Below, one piece after another: positions 10,904-20,921 of a stretch of 64,000 nt of DNA. A program made the translations under genes and the position numbers. A model generated the notes under the pieces. The model saw only the letters and a program-made list of their open reading frames with translations. It searched no databases and was not told where the DNA came from. The stretch comes from Thermodesulfobacteriota bacterium (GTDB lineage: Bacteria; Desulfobacterota_D; UBA1144; Nemesobacterales; Nemesobacteraceae). Positions within the stretch are counted from its first letter, which is position 1. Each line of letters starts with the position of its first letter. The stretch covers positions 908,829 to 972,828 of the forward strand of contig OZ246948.1 in assembly GCA_965232155.1 (NCBI GenBank). Direction: 5' to 3'.

Positions 10904-12297
10904 ACAAGTTCCCGAAGAAGCAGGTTCTGAAGTTTCTTCACCCTTGTTCCCATGCCGTTTGATATGATGGAAAAAATATAAACCCGCCCGTTTTTTCCGA
11001 ATGCGTAGCCCGATAGAGACCTGGCTCCTTCAAGATACCCGGTTTTCGCATAGACCTTGCCCTTGAGATTGCGAAATCTTTTCTTGAGAGTTCCGTCAAC
11101 TCCGGCGACCGGCAGGGACGCGAGAAACTCCTCGGAAATGTCCGGATCGCCGTAGGCCTTGGAGAGCGCCTTGGTTATGTCCTCGGGGGACACCCTGTTC
11201 AGTCTTGAAAGACCGGAACCGTCGGCTATGGAGAAATTTCCGTTGAGACCGATTCTCCTCAGGTGATTTTCAATTGCGCGTGTGCCGGATTTCCACGAAC
11301 CCGGGACGCCGGAGAACTCTGCGCCGATTACCTTGACTATGCTCTCGCCGATTATGTTGACGCTTTCCTTGTTGTACTCATGAATAATGGTTCCCAGGGG
11401 TTCTGAGTAATGAGTGAGTATCTTTCCGGACCATTTGGGCACTCTCCTGCGGTCTACGGGTCCGTTCACCTCAACCCCGTTTTCTTCAAGAACCTGCTTG
11501 AGCGCCGCACCGAAGTAAAAAAACGGGTCGGGAACCGAAAGCTCCATAGTTTCGGCTTTTTTTCGGGAGGAGACGTATCCGGAGATGATGAGCTCGTTTC
11601 GTTCGTTATATTTAGCCGTCACGCCGGATCTTCTAACTGACGTTGAAACCCTGTTTCTGATCGGGAATGGGAACTCCGCAGGTTCCGTTCTCACTAGCGC
11701 AGGCCCCCCCTGCACGCCGGACACGGAAATCTTTATCTTGGCCGAGTTGTAATTAAATGAAATCGCCGTTACTGGAGGGCAGAATCCTTTGTCGAACCAC
11801 TCAGGATCCCATCCCTCTGCGTAGTGGACGTCGTCAAAGTACGAGCCGTCAAGGTATATCCCGCCCTCGATTCTGGTTATCCCGAGTGCTTTAATCCGCT
11901 GCGCAATCTCCTGAAGTTTTCCGGTGTCTATCGTGGGATCTCCGAATCCTTTTACGTAAAGACCGCCGTGACCGACCCCCGAATGTATTCCTCCGCCCAG
12001 ATAAAACTTGGTTTTGAACCGGAAATTTTTTCCAAGGATGGAAAGGGCCGCTATGGAGGAAAGTATTTTATTGTTGGAAGCGGGAATGAATTCCTTTTTG
12101 CCGTTATAGCGGAAAACCGTTTTGCCGGTATCGGCCGAGCGGACCATGATCCCGATTTTCCTTTGCGAAGGGGGGCTTTTTGATATAAAGGAGAGGATTT
12201 TTTTGTGGTTTACGTCAGCATGGGAGGATGTCGCCGGCAGAAACACAAAGAGCAAGATGAGCGTGTGCAGAATCAGGATATTTGTTCTGGAATTCAT
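10897..12297 (-). CDS. dacB: D-Ala-D-Ala carboxypeptidase/endopeptidase (PBP4, S13)
   Basis: Signal peptide, PASNNK (SxxK), SVN, DGSGLSR.N, AKTG. Confidence 0.93.
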   Translation of the reverse strand: MNSRTNILILHTLILLFVFLPATSSHADVNHKKILSFISKSPPSQRKIGIMVRSADTGKTVFRYNGKKEFIPASNNKILSSIAALSILGKNFRFKTKFYLGGGIHSGVGHGGLYVKGFGDPTIDTGKLQEIAQRIKALGITRIEGGIYLDGSYFDDVHYAEGWDPEWFDKGFCPPVTAISFNYNSAKIKISVSGVQGGPALVRTEPAEFPFPIRNRVSTSVRRSGVTAKYNERNELIISGYVSSRKKAETMELSVPDPFFYFGAALKQVLEENGVEVNGPVDRRRVPKWSGKILTHYSEPLGTIIHEYNKESVNIIGESIVKVIGAEFSGVPGSWKSGTRAIENHLRRIGLNGNFSIADGSGLSRLNRVSPEDITKALSKAYGDPDISEEFLASLPVAGVDGTLKKRFRNLKGKVYAKTGYLEGARSLSGYAFGKNGRVYIFSIISNGMGTRVKKLQNLLLRELVY

Positions 12298-12310
12298 TGT
12301 TGCTGTATTC

Positions 12311-14998
12311 TTAATGGGCCTCGGCCCAGTTCTTTGCGGCGCGCATTTCCACTTTGAGCGGAACCTGAAGTTCCCAGGCGTTTTCCATGTCGTTTTTTAT
12401 ATGAATCCTCAGTTCTTCAAGTTCCGTTTCTCGAACCTCGAAAAGAAGCTCGTCGTGAACCTGAAGAATCATCTTGGAGGAAAATCCTCCTTCTTCAAGT
12501 TTTCTGAATATGCGGACCATGGCCAGATTTATTATATCCGCCGCGGATCCCTGTATAGGAGTATTTATAGCCTCGCGCTCTCCTCTTCCCCTCTCTACCC
12601 TGTTTTTGGAATCAAGTTCCGGTATCGGCCTTCTTCTCCCGACAAGCGTCTCGGTGTAGCCCCTGCTTCTGGCTTCTTCAACCGATGACTGCATATAGGC
12701 CTTCACTTCCGAATATCTGTCAAAATATCTGTTTATGTAATTTCTTGAGACCGAGACCGTAGTGCCGAGTTGCTTTGAGAGCCCGAAGGCGCTTATACCA
12801 TATATTATTCCGAAGTTTATGGTTTTGGCGAGATTCCGCATCTCGGAGGTGACTTGTTTTTCGCTTGCGTTAAAGATTTCGCATGCTGTTGCGACGTGCA
12901 CGTCCTTATCGTTTCGAAGAGCTTCGAGCAGGGTCGGGTCACCAGAGAAATGGGCGAGCAGACGAAGTTCTATCTGGGAATAATCAGCTGACAGTATAAC
13001 GCAGCCGTCTTTTGCCACGAACGATTTCCGTATTCTTTTTCCGTCCTCGGTTTTTATCGGGATGTTCTGAAGATTGGGATCCCTTGAACTCAGTCTGCCG
13101 GTTGAGGTGCCGGCAGGATTAAAAGAGGTGTGTATCCTTCCGGTGGCCGGGTTTATGAGCCTCGGAAGCTGGTCGATGTAAGTGGATTTCAGCTTGGAGA
13201 GAAACCTGTGTCTGAGTATGAGACGCGGCACCTCGTGGATTGCCGACAGATCCCTTAGGACTTCGGAATCGGTGGAAAAGGCGCCCTTTGCGGTTTTTTT
13301 CCTGGCGGGAAGCCGCAGCTTCTCGAAAAGCACTTCAGCGAGCTGTTTTGTCGAGTTTATGTTGAACTTTACTTCGGTTTTTTCATATATCCCAGCCTCG
13401 ATGGAGTCGAGATCCTTTTCGAATTCCTCAGACATCTCTCCGAGAATAGCGGTGTCGACGCTCACTCCCGTGAACTCCATGTCGCAGAGAACCGGAAGAA
13501 GTCCGAGAACATTCTTCCTGTAGAGATCCCAGAGTTCCTCTTGCTTGAGAGTTTCAAGAAATTTTCTTGAAAGAATAAAAGCCACGTCCGAATCTTCGCA
13601 TGAGTACCTTGTTGCCGTCTCGATATCAACTTCGGCGAAGTTCTTCTTTGATTTCCCTTTTCCGGTAACGTCATCGTAGGAGATCATCCCGTGACCAAGC
13701 TCAGTTCTTGAGAGTTCGTCAAGCTTGTAGCTTCTCCGGGAAGCGTCGAGCAGGTGTGCGGCAAGCATCGTGTCAAAGTAAATTCCCCTGAGACTGACGC
13801 CGTGATTTTTAAGCACCAGCATATCGTATTTTATGTTCTGTCCCATTTTCCTTATGTCCTCGGATTCAAGGACTGGTTTCAGCATGGAAAGCACGGTCTC
13901 AGGTTTCATCTGTTTTTCGGCTTCAATGTTTCCTGCGTGTCCCACGGGAACATAAAAAGCCCGTCCCGGGGACGTGCACAGCGAAAAGCCGACTATCCCT
14001 GCGTTCATCGGCAATTTTGAATCCGTCTCGAGATCTATTGAAAGTTCTCCTGTCTCCTCTACCATGCCTATGACCCGGCCGAGGGATATCTCATCGAAAA
14101 CAGTTTCGTAGGAGTCGTATCTTACCGCTTCGCTTTTATCTGGCGTGCGGGATACGCCCATTTCGTCCAGGAGCTTTTCGAATTCAAGCTCTGAGAATAT
14201 TTTCTGAAGATCTTCGGCCGCGTATCCACCGTATCTGAAATCTTCGATACCGGTTCCTACTCCGACGTCAATTTTTATGGTAACTAGCTTGCGGCTAAGA
14301 TACGCGTCGTCTTTATGCTCTTTTAGTCTCTGTGCGACACTGGGGCGAAGTTCTTCCAGGTTGCCGTATACGCCATCAAGGTCCCCATACTTGGATATAA
14401 GGGCCGAAGCGGTTTTTTCCCCCACGCCTGCCACTCCCGGAATGTTGTCAACCTTGTCTCCCACAAGAGCGAAGAAATCAATCATTTGTCCGGGCTCGAT
14501 TCCGTATTTCTGGCGCACTTCCCGCACTCCGGTTACGCGTTCCCTCATTGTGTCAACCAAGGTTACGTCTTCAGACACCAGCTGGCAGAAATCCTTGTCT
14601 CCGGTGACCAGAACCACCTTCGATCCTTCCTGCGCTTTGGCTATGGTTCCAATGATGTCATCGGCCTCGTACCCCTCCATTGCAAGCATCGGTATTGAGA
14701 ATGCCCGTACAAGTTCGAAAATCTTGGGAAACTGAAGCTGGAGGCTTTCCGGAGCCTGGTCCCTGTTGGCCTTATACTCGGGGTATATTTCGTTTCTGAA
14801 CACTTCTCCCTTGGAATCGAACACCATCCCCAGGTACCTCGGTTCGTATTCCCTGAGAAACTTAAGAAGCATGTTCGCAAATCCGTAGACGGCGTTGGTT
14901 GGAAACCCGTCGGAAGTGGAAAGATCGGCCCTTACGCCGTAATACGCCCTGAATATATATGAACTGCCGTCAATCAGATAGAGCGGGTGCTGGGACAT
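12311..14998 (-). CDS. polA: DNA polymerase I
   Basis: LIDGSS 5'-3' exonuclease, DLET/NIKYD/YSCED proofreading motifs, ADYSQIELR, AKTINFGIIYG, QVHDE. Confidence 0.98.
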   Translation of the reverse strand: MSQHPLYLIDGSSYIFRAYYGVRADLSTSDGFPTNAVYGFANMLLKFLREYEPRYLGMVFDSKGEVFRNEIYPEYKANRDQAPESLQLQFPKIFELVRAFSIPMLAMEGYEADDIIGTIAKAQEGSKVVLVTGDKDFCQLVSEDVTLVDTMRERVTGVREVRQKYGIEPGQMIDFFALVGDKVDNIPGVAGVGEKTASALISKYGDLDGVYGNLEELRPSVAQRLKEHKDDAYLSRKLVTIKIDVGVGTGIEDFRYGGYAAEDLQKIFSELEFEKLLDEMGVSRTPDKSEAVRYDSYETVFDEISLGRVIGMVEETGELSIDLETDSKLPMNAGIVGFSLCTSPGRAFYVPVGHAGNIEAEKQMKPETVLSMLKPVLESEDIRKMGQNIKYDMLVLKNHGVSLRGIYFDTMLAAHLLDASRRSYKLDELSRTELGHGMISYDDVTGKGKSKKNFAEVDIETATRYSCEDSDVAFILSRKFLETLKQEELWDLYRKNVLGLLPVLCDMEFTGVSVDTAILGEMSEEFEKDLDSIEAGIYEKTEVKFNINSTKQLAEVLFEKLRLPARKKTAKGAFSTDSEVLRDLSAIHEVPRLILRHRFLSKLKSTYIDQLPRLINPATGRIHTSFNPAGTSTGRLSSRDPNLQNIPIKTEDGKRIRKSFVAKDGCVILSADYSQIELRLLAHFSGDPTLLEALRNDKDVHVATACEIFNASEKQVTSEMRNLAKTINFGIIYGISAFGLSKQLGTTVSVSRNYINRYFDRYSEVKAYMQSSVEEARSRGYTETLVGRRRPIPELDSKNRVERGRGEREAINTPIQGSAADIINLAMVRIFRKLEEGGFSSKMILQVHDELLFEVRETELEELRIHIKNDMENAWELQVPLKVEMRAAKNWAEAH

Positions 14999-15098
14999 GA
15001 AAGAAACCGCTTACGCGTTGTCTGTTAAGTATACCCAACCGTCCTTACGGTGGGGAATCAGCTTGCTGACGTAGCTTTGAGAAGTGGCGGAGACGAAG

Positions 15099-15680
15099 TT
15101 ATTTCTCCGCACTGTACACAAACGCGGGAGGAAAATTCGACCAGACGGTTTTTGACTTGACGACATTTGTGAACTTGTTTCGCAGGGTCGAGCGGAATCT
15201 TCTGGCGTTTGGAACCATCATGCTGATTGAATAGCTGAAGGTGATCATCCTGCCTCCAGGCTTGAGTACGTCCCAGATGACGTCGAGCAGTCTGTCCTGG
15301 GTTCCGTGGTCAAATACGGTCCAGGGAAGACTTGAAATAATGCAGTCGCAGGAATCTTTTCCGTGCTGCTCGAGATATTTTTTCATATTCTCCGCGGAAT
15401 CCCTGTAGACTGTCGCGGAAGGGCATCGTGATTTGGTCGCTTCGCAGAACTCGGGATTGATTTCTATTGCGAAAAACAGTGCTTCCGGGCTTTTTTTCTC
15501 AAGAATCTTCTCGGTAAAGACCCCGGTTCCAGAACCAAGCTCCACCACCGTTCCCATTTCGTCGAGCCGGGCCGTCTCGGTGACAAGCTCAGACAGTTCC
15601 TCATTTGAAGGCGCTATGGAGCCGGTGCTCTGCGGATATCTGAGAAACTGCTTTATGTAACCGTATGCTCCGAGTTTCAA
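15099..15680 (-). CDS. Phospholipid N-methyltransferase (PmtA-like)
   Basis: FLR.P..TGSIAPS, VELGSGTG, IISSLPW, VWSNFPPA.VY; TTG start at 15680 follows GGAGG. Confidence 0.8.
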   Translation of the reverse strand: MKLGAYGYIKQFLRYPQSTGSIAPSNEELSELVTETARLDEMGTVVELGSGTGVFTEKILEKKSPEALFFAIEINPEFCEATKSRCPSATVYRDSAENMKKYLEQHGKDSCDCIISSLPWTVFDHGTQDRLLDVIWDVLKPGGRMITFSYSISMMVPNARRFRSTLRNKFTNVVKSKTVWSNFPPAFVYSAEK

Positions 15681-15869
15681 CGGTGCCTCCGATAAGATAC
15701 AAATTGGGGTAATTATAATAGCTTGCGGTATTTTGTCCATGTTCTTTGTTAAGACACGGACCTTGGAGTTTCCGTGCGTCAGGCGGGGAAGGATTGTATT
15801 TTCGTAATTCCGGTATTATATAAATCGTGACACCGCCCCGGATGGCTTCAGGCGGCGGTAAATGCAACG

Positions 15870-17204
15870 ATGTTTGAAGGAGTCTCGAAAAAACTCGGCA
15901 CCACCCTCAAAAGGATAGGGGGCTACGGAAAGCTGAGCGAAAAAAACATAGAGGACGCGCTTCGCGAAGTGCGTCTCAGCCTTCTTGAAGCGGACGTCAA
16001 TTTCAGGGTGGTCCGCCAGTTCACCGAACTTGTCAAGGAAAGAGCGCTGGGTCGGGAAGTCGAAAGGAGTCTCAATCCGGGACAGCAGTTCGTAAAAATA
16101 GTCAAAGAAGAACTTACCGGCATTCTGGGACTGGAAAACGAACCCCTGAATCTGAATGTCCCGCCTCCCGTGATAATAATGCTGGTCGGGCTTCAGGGTT
16201 CGGGAAAAACCACCACGGCGTCGAAACTTGCCAAGTTTCTCAAGGACCGCCACGGCAAGACCCCGCTGCTGGTTCCCGCCGACATCTACCGCCCTGCCGC
16301 GATAGAGCAGCTAAAGGTGCTCGGAGAAAAAATAGACGTAAGCGTCTACGATACCGTGGCCGGCTCGGACCCCGTGGACGTGTGCGCCGATGCGGTCTCG
16401 GCGTCTGCGAAACAGGGGGCTGACGCGGTGATCATAGATACGGCCGGACGCCTTCATCTTGACCGCGAGCTGATGGATGAACTGGGGAGCATAAAGAAGA
16501 AGGTAAATCCCCATGAAATCCTCCTCGTTGCCGACTCGATGACGGGACAGGATGCCGTGAACGTTTCGCAAAGCTTTGATGAAGCCGTTAATCTCAACGG
16601 CGTGATTCTCACGAAGATGGATGCGGACGCGAGGGGAGGGGCAGCCCTTTCGATAAAAGCTACCACCGGCAAGCCCATAAAGTTTTTCGGAACGGGAGAG
16701 AAAGCCGACGCGCTTGAGGTCTTTCACCCCGAGAGAATAGCATCGAGAATCCTGGGAATGGGAGACGTCCTCAGTCTCATAGAAAAGGCGGAAGACGCTT
16801 TTGAAGAGGAAAGAACGAAAAAACTCGCGGAGAGAATATCGAAAAAGCAGTTCTCCCTGGAAGACTACAGGGAATCGATACTGGCCATGAGCAAACTCGG
16901 CTCGATAGAAAGCATAGCCCACATGGTCCCGGGGATGAAAAAGGTCGCTGATAACCCCGAAGCGATGGCGAAGGCGGAGGATGAGATAAAAAAGAGCCTT
17001 GCGATAATCAATTCCATGACGGTGCCGGAAAGAAGGAATCATGCTATCCTAAACGGCAGTCGCAGAAAGAGAATCGCCAAGGGAAGCGGAACTACGGTGC
17101 CTGAGGTGAACCGCATGATAAAAAACTACATACAGATGCGAAACATGATGAAAAACATGGGGAAAATGGGTAAACTAGCAAAAAGAATGACGAAATTCAG
17201 ATGA
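15870..17204 (+). CDS. ffh: Signal recognition particle protein
   Basis: GLQGSGKTT, DTAGR, TKMD, Met-rich M domain. Confidence 0.98.
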   Translation: MFEGVSKKLGTTLKRIGGYGKLSEKNIEDALREVRLSLLEADVNFRVVRQFTELVKERALGREVERSLNPGQQFVKIVKEELTGILGLENEPLNLNVPPPVIIMLVGLQGSGKTTTASKLAKFLKDRHGKTPLLVPADIYRPAAIEQLKVLGEKIDVSVYDTVAGSDPVDVCADAVSASAKQGADAVIIDTAGRLHLDRELMDELGSIKKKVNPHEILLVADSMTGQDAVNVSQSFDEAVNLNGVILTKMDADARGGAALSIKATTGKPIKFFGTGEKADALEVFHPERIASRILGMGDVLSLIEKAEDAFEEERTKKLAERISKKQFSLEDYRESILAMSKLGSIESIAHMVPGMKKVADNPEAMAKAEDEIKKSLAIINSMTVPERRNHAILNGSRRKRIAKGSGTTVPEVNRMIKNYIQMRNMMKNMGKMGKLAKRMTKFR

Positions 17205-17247
17205 CGGGAGCATATCTTTAACCCCGAATTCAGGAGGTAACAGCAGT

Positions 17248-17481
17248 TTGGTCAAGATAAGATTGAGCAGGATGGGAGCTAAGAAGAAGCCGTTTTACAG
17301 GATAGTCGCCGCGGATGTCCGTTCCCCGCGCGACGGAAAGTTTCTTGAAATATTGGGACATTACGACCCGCGGAAAAAACCTCACGAACTCAAGGTAGAC
17401 ATGGAAAGAGTGAAAGCGTGGATGGATAACGGCGCCAAGGCAACCAACAGGGTGAGCAAGCTCATATCACAGGTTACCTAG
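17248..17481 (+). CDS. rpsP: 30S ribosomal protein S16
   Basis: [20 protein letters not shown]; AGGAGG RBS before TTG. Confidence 0.97.
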   Translation: MVKIRLSRMGAKKKPFYRIVAADVRSPRDGKFLEILGHYDPRKKPHELKVDMERVKAWMDNGAKATNRVSKLISQVT

Positions 17482-17543
17482 CACATTTTCTTCCACGCGA
17501 AAATTCATACACAAAGATTCTGGTTTCAGGAGGGATGCTCCTT

Positions 17544-17783
17544 ATGAGTCAGCTCAGAGAGTTTGTCGAATTCATGGCTAAATCCATTGTCGACAACCCC
17601 GAGGAGGTTCAGGTAACAGAGGTGGCGGGCGAAAAAACTACGGTTATCGAGCTTAGAGTGGCCTCCAAAGACTTGGGGAAGGTAATCGGAAAGCAGGGAA
17701 GAACCGCAAAGGCGATTCGCAGCATATTAAACGCCGCGGCCGCAAAAATGAAAAAACGTGCCGTCTTAGAGATCCTTGAATAG
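17544..17783 (+). CDS. khpA: KH-domain RNA-binding protein KhpA
   Basis: [13 protein letters not shown]; position between rpsP and rimM; start chosen from RBS spacing. Confidence 0.92.
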   Translation: MSQLREFVEFMAKSIVDNPEEVQVTEVAGEKTTVIELRVASKDLGKVIGKQGRTAKAIRSILNAAAAKMKKRAVLEILE

Positions 17784-17785
17784 CA

Positions 17786-18319
17786 TTGCCGGGAAGTGCG
17801 AAACAAAACCTTGTCCTCTACGGGAAGATAACCAAAAGACACGGTCTTTACGGTGAAGTGAAGGTGTTTGCCTTCGGCGGGCGTCCCGAAACCCTATCCG
17901 GGGTAAAAAAAGTCTACTTAGAAGTTTCCGGCCGGGAAGAAACCCGAGAATTCAGTCTGTCCTGGATAAAAATCCAGAAAAACGTCGCGATTGTTAAGCT
18001 CGAGGACATCGACACCCCCGAGGCCGCCGACGCACTTAAGAATTTCCACGTGCTGGTCGAGAAAAACGATTTGCAGCCCCCGGAAGAAGACGAATATTAC
18101 TGGGCTGACCTCATCGGGCTTCGTGTTCTCACCTCCCACGGAGATAATATCGGGGAGGTGAAGGATCTTATCAATTCGGGGGGACACGACATTCTCGTGA
18201 TAAAGAGTCCGGAACGGGGGCGGGAATTTCTGGTTCCGTTTGTCAAAAAGTTCGTGACCGAGGTGGATCTTGACGGTTCAACGATCACCGTAGAACCGGT
18301 AGAGGGGCTCTTAGATTAA
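17786..18319 (+). CDS. rimM: Ribosome maturation factor RimM
   Basis: HGLYGEVK, EYYWADLIG, LVPFV; synteny. Confidence 0.95.
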   Translation: MPGSAKQNLVLYGKITKRHGLYGEVKVFAFGGRPETLSGVKKVYLEVSGREETREFSLSWIKIQKNVAIVKLEDIDTPEAADALKNFHVLVEKNDLQPPEEDEYYWADLIGLRVLTSHGDNIGEVKDLINSGGHDILVIKSPERGREFLVPFVKKFVTEVDLDGSTITVEPVEGLLD

Positions 18320-18334
18320 TCTGGTGATATTGCG

Positions 18335-19633
18335 ATGAAGTTTGACATAGTGACGATCTTCCCCGGTTTTTTTGATTCCATTTTCTCATTCGGAGTGATA
18401 AGCAGGGCCGTTGAGAACAATGCGGTTGAGATAAACGTCCACGATCTGAGAACTTATTCGGCGGAGAAACATGGAAAAACTGATGATACTCCGTACGGAG
18501 GTGGAAGCGGAATGCTTATGACCCCGGAACCGATAGGGAACGCCATCGACCGTATAAGAGAAAAGGGGCTTCGCTCCGCCGTAATTCTCACGACTCCCAA
18601 GGGGGAGGAATTTGATGACCGCAAGGCGCAGGAACTTTGCGGATTTGAACAGCTGATAATCCTCTGCGGCCGATACGAAGGGGTGGACGACAGGGTGAGC
18701 GAACTTTACGTCGACATGAAGATATCAACCGGGAAGTACATAAATTCCGGGGGAGAATACGCATGTTCCCTGATAGTGGATGCCGTATCAAGATACCTCC
18801 CAGGGGTCCTCGGAAACGCTGAGTCTCTTGCCGCTGAGTCTCTTACAAACGGGCTTCTCGAGTACCCCCAGTATACGAAGCCGCGAACATACAAGGGAAA
18901 GAAGGTTCCCGAGCTGCTTCTTTCGGGAGATCACGAAGAAATAAGGAAATGGAGGAGGCGGGAGAGCATAAAAAGCACTTTCATCCATAACCCCGCTTCC
19001 CTTGACGACGCGCAGCTCTCCAAAGAAGAAGATACTTTCCTAAAAGAACTTAAGACCGGCAATTCTCCGGGCTTCAGGGTTTACATAGCCCTTGTGCATT
19101 ATCCTGCGTATAACAGCCGTCTCGAAGTCGTCTCGACTGCCTTTAAGAGCATAGACGCGCACGACATATCAAGGGATGCTACTACATACGGAGTAAAGGA
19201 ATTCTATCTGATAAACCCTGTCGAAGAACAGCGCCGCCTTGCGGGCAGACTCGTTGATCACTGGACAGAGGGAGAAGGAAGGAATTTTAACGAAACCAAA
19301 AGCAAGGCTTTCGGTATCATAAGCATAATGAGTACTATCGAGGAAGCCGTCGAACAGATAGAGGAGATTGAAGGGAGGAGACCGAAAATAGTGGTTACTG
19401 ACGCCCGCTTTTCAGACGACATGATCGGCTACCGGGCGCTTCGAGAAAAAATATTCGAAAACACTGAGCCTTTTCTGGTTCTTTTCGGTACGGGGTGGGG
19501 ACTCACGCTTGAGACGATAAAAGCGGCCGACTATGTGCTGAGACCCATAAGCGGCTACAGTGAATTCAACCATCTCTCGGTCAGAAGCGCGGCCGCCATA
19601 GTGCTTGACAGGCTGCTTTCCTGCGGAGCCTGA
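18335..19633 (+). CDS. trmD: tRNA m1G37 methyltransferase TrmD fused to a C-terminal Tm1570-like SPOUT domain
   Basis: DDTPYGGGSGM, CGRYEG, LEYPQYT; after about aa 245 a second domain with IALVHYP, HDISR...TYG, LFGTGWGL, NHLSVRSAAAI.LDRL. Confidence 0.93.
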   Translation: MKFDIVTIFPGFFDSIFSFGVISRAVENNAVEINVHDLRTYSAEKHGKTDDTPYGGGSGMLMTPEPIGNAIDRIREKGLRSAVILTTPKGEEFDDRKAQELCGFEQLIILCGRYEGVDDRVSELYVDMKISTGKYINSGGEYACSLIVDAVSRYLPGVLGNAESLAAESLTNGLLEYPQYTKPRTYKGKKVPELLLSGDHEEIRKWRRRESIKSTFIHNPASLDDAQLSKEEDTFLKELKTGNSPGFRVYIALVHYPAYNSRLEVVSTAFKSIDAHDISRDATTYGVKEFYLINPVEEQRRLAGRLVDHWTEGEGRNFNETKSKAFGIISIMSTIEEAVEQIEEIEGRRPKIVVTDARFSDDMIGYRALREKIFENTEPFLVLFGTGWGLTLETIKAADYVLRPISGYSEFNHLSVRSAAAIVLDRLLSCGA

Positions 19634-19706
19634 TCCGCTCAAACCGGCTGGGACGAGCGTTTCGGGAAGTCTCCTTGAGCAACCGGAAAAAAGCCCTTTT
19701 AATATT

Positions 19707-19735
19707 TTGACAATCCCCATGAGGTTCTGTATATT
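19707..19735 (+). promoter_or_regulatory. Sigma70 promoter for rplS
   Basis: TTGACA-N17-TATATT. Confidence 0.75.
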
Positions 19736-19765
19736 CAACATCCCGCGAAAAGGAAAATTGAGAAA

Positions 19766-20110
19766 ATGGGAATTATAGCAGAAGTTGAAAAAAGGCACCT
19801 GAGAACGGACCTGCCGGAATTTCGGGCCGGGGACACGGTATCGGTCCACTATAACATCAAGGAAGGTGAAAGGAGAAGGATCCAGGTCTTTGAAGGCACC
19901 GTGATAGCCAGAAAAGGTTCGGGCTTCAGGGAAACTTTCACGGTAAGGAAGGTTTCCTATGGTATAGGTGTCGAGAGAATCTTTCCCCTGCATTCCCCCC
20001 TTATAGGGAAAATAGAAGTGAAAAGAAAAGGCCACGTGAGAAGAGCCAAACTCTACTATCTAAGGGGCCTTTCAAAGAAAGCCAGCAGAATAAAAGAGAG
20101 AACCTCCTAG
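19766..20110 (+). CDS. rplS: 50S ribosomal protein L19
   Basis: [26 protein letters not shown]. Confidence 0.98.
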   Translation: MGIIAEVEKRHLRTDLPEFRAGDTVSVHYNIKEGERRRIQVFEGTVIARKGSGFRETFTVRKVSYGIGVERIFPLHSPLIGKIEVKRKGHVRRAKLYYLRGLSKKASRIKERTS

Positions 20111-20850
20111 TCCGCGACTTTTGCGGTTCCGTCAGTCCCGCCGTTTTCGGCTTCCTCTATCTTGCTCATTACGTGAACTATTCTCTGTATTGAGGTGTAG
20201 AAGGAGAAAACAAAGAGAAGGATGACTGAAAGCTTAAGAAGGTAGTCTCTGTTTCCAAGTCCCATAAGAAAGGTGACTATATTGCCAAGAAAGTTAAACG
20301 CCGCGAGGAGTCCCAAGTAAGCTACTCTCTCGGCTCTCTGCATTATCCCCACCTCGCAGTCGATTCCAAGCCCCTCGGCTCTTGCCTTTGTATAGCTGAC
20401 CATCATGGAACAGCTGACTACAAGGAAAACGATATATACGAAAAAAGTGTCTTTGAAAAAGCTCAGAAGACCCAAGTAGATAAGAACTTCTGAATATCTG
20501 TCCACGCAGGAGTCAAAAAAAGCTCCCCTGGGTGAATTAAGGCCTTGAGCTCGCGCTACCCTTCCATCGAAAATATCAAAAGTCGAGCCGGCCAGCAGCA
20601 GAACTCCGGCTATGAAAATCATGCCCAGATGGAAAAACCACCCCGCAAGCGCGGAAACTATCAGGGTGGTAATGGTGAGTACATTGGGGCGGAACTTTCT
20701 TTCTATAAGAAAGTCCTCTATGGGTTTCATGAGAAAGACCCACCAGGACTTGATTCCGCCTGAGAGAAGCTTGGTAGAGTTCGGTTTTCTCCCGGTTTTA
20801 GACCTCTCGTCGGCTTCTTCTGGATTAGGTGTTGGCCATTCGTTTTCCAT
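20107..20850 (-). CDS. CDP-alcohol phosphatidyltransferase (PIP/AIP synthase-like subfamily)
   Basis: D..DG..AR...GAFFDS..DR signature; [12 protein letters not shown]...VGIMQRAER. Confidence 0.88.
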   Translation of the reverse strand: MENEWPTPNPEEADERSKTGRKPNSTKLLSGGIKSWWVFLMKPIEDFLIERKFRPNVLTITTLIVSALAGWFFHLGMIFIAGVLLLAGSTFDIFDGRVARAQGLNSPRGAFFDSCVDRYSEVLIYLGLLSFFKDTFFVYIVFLVVSCSMMVSYTKARAEGLGIDCEVGIMQRAERVAYLGLLAAFNFLGNIVTFLMGLGNRDYLLKLSVILLFVFSFYTSIQRIVHVMSKIEEAENGGTDGTAKVAD

Positions 20851-20856
20851 AAAAAG

Positions 20857-20886
20857 ATAATACCCTGTAACCTGCTTTATAGTCTA
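20857..20886 (-). promoter_or_regulatory. Putative promoter giving a leaderless mRNA for the CDP-alcohol transferase
   Basis: Minus strand TAGACT-N18-TATTAT-N6-ATG, no Shine-Dalgarno. Confidence 0.5.
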
Positions 20887-20921
20887 TTGTGGATAGACGG
20901 TATGCAGCCGTCCTTTGGTGT

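Noticed and set aside
19634-19685. GCTCAA...TTGAGC inverted repeat after trmD
   Set aside because: Short stem with a long loop and no adjacent U-tract; I saw no second copy in the window
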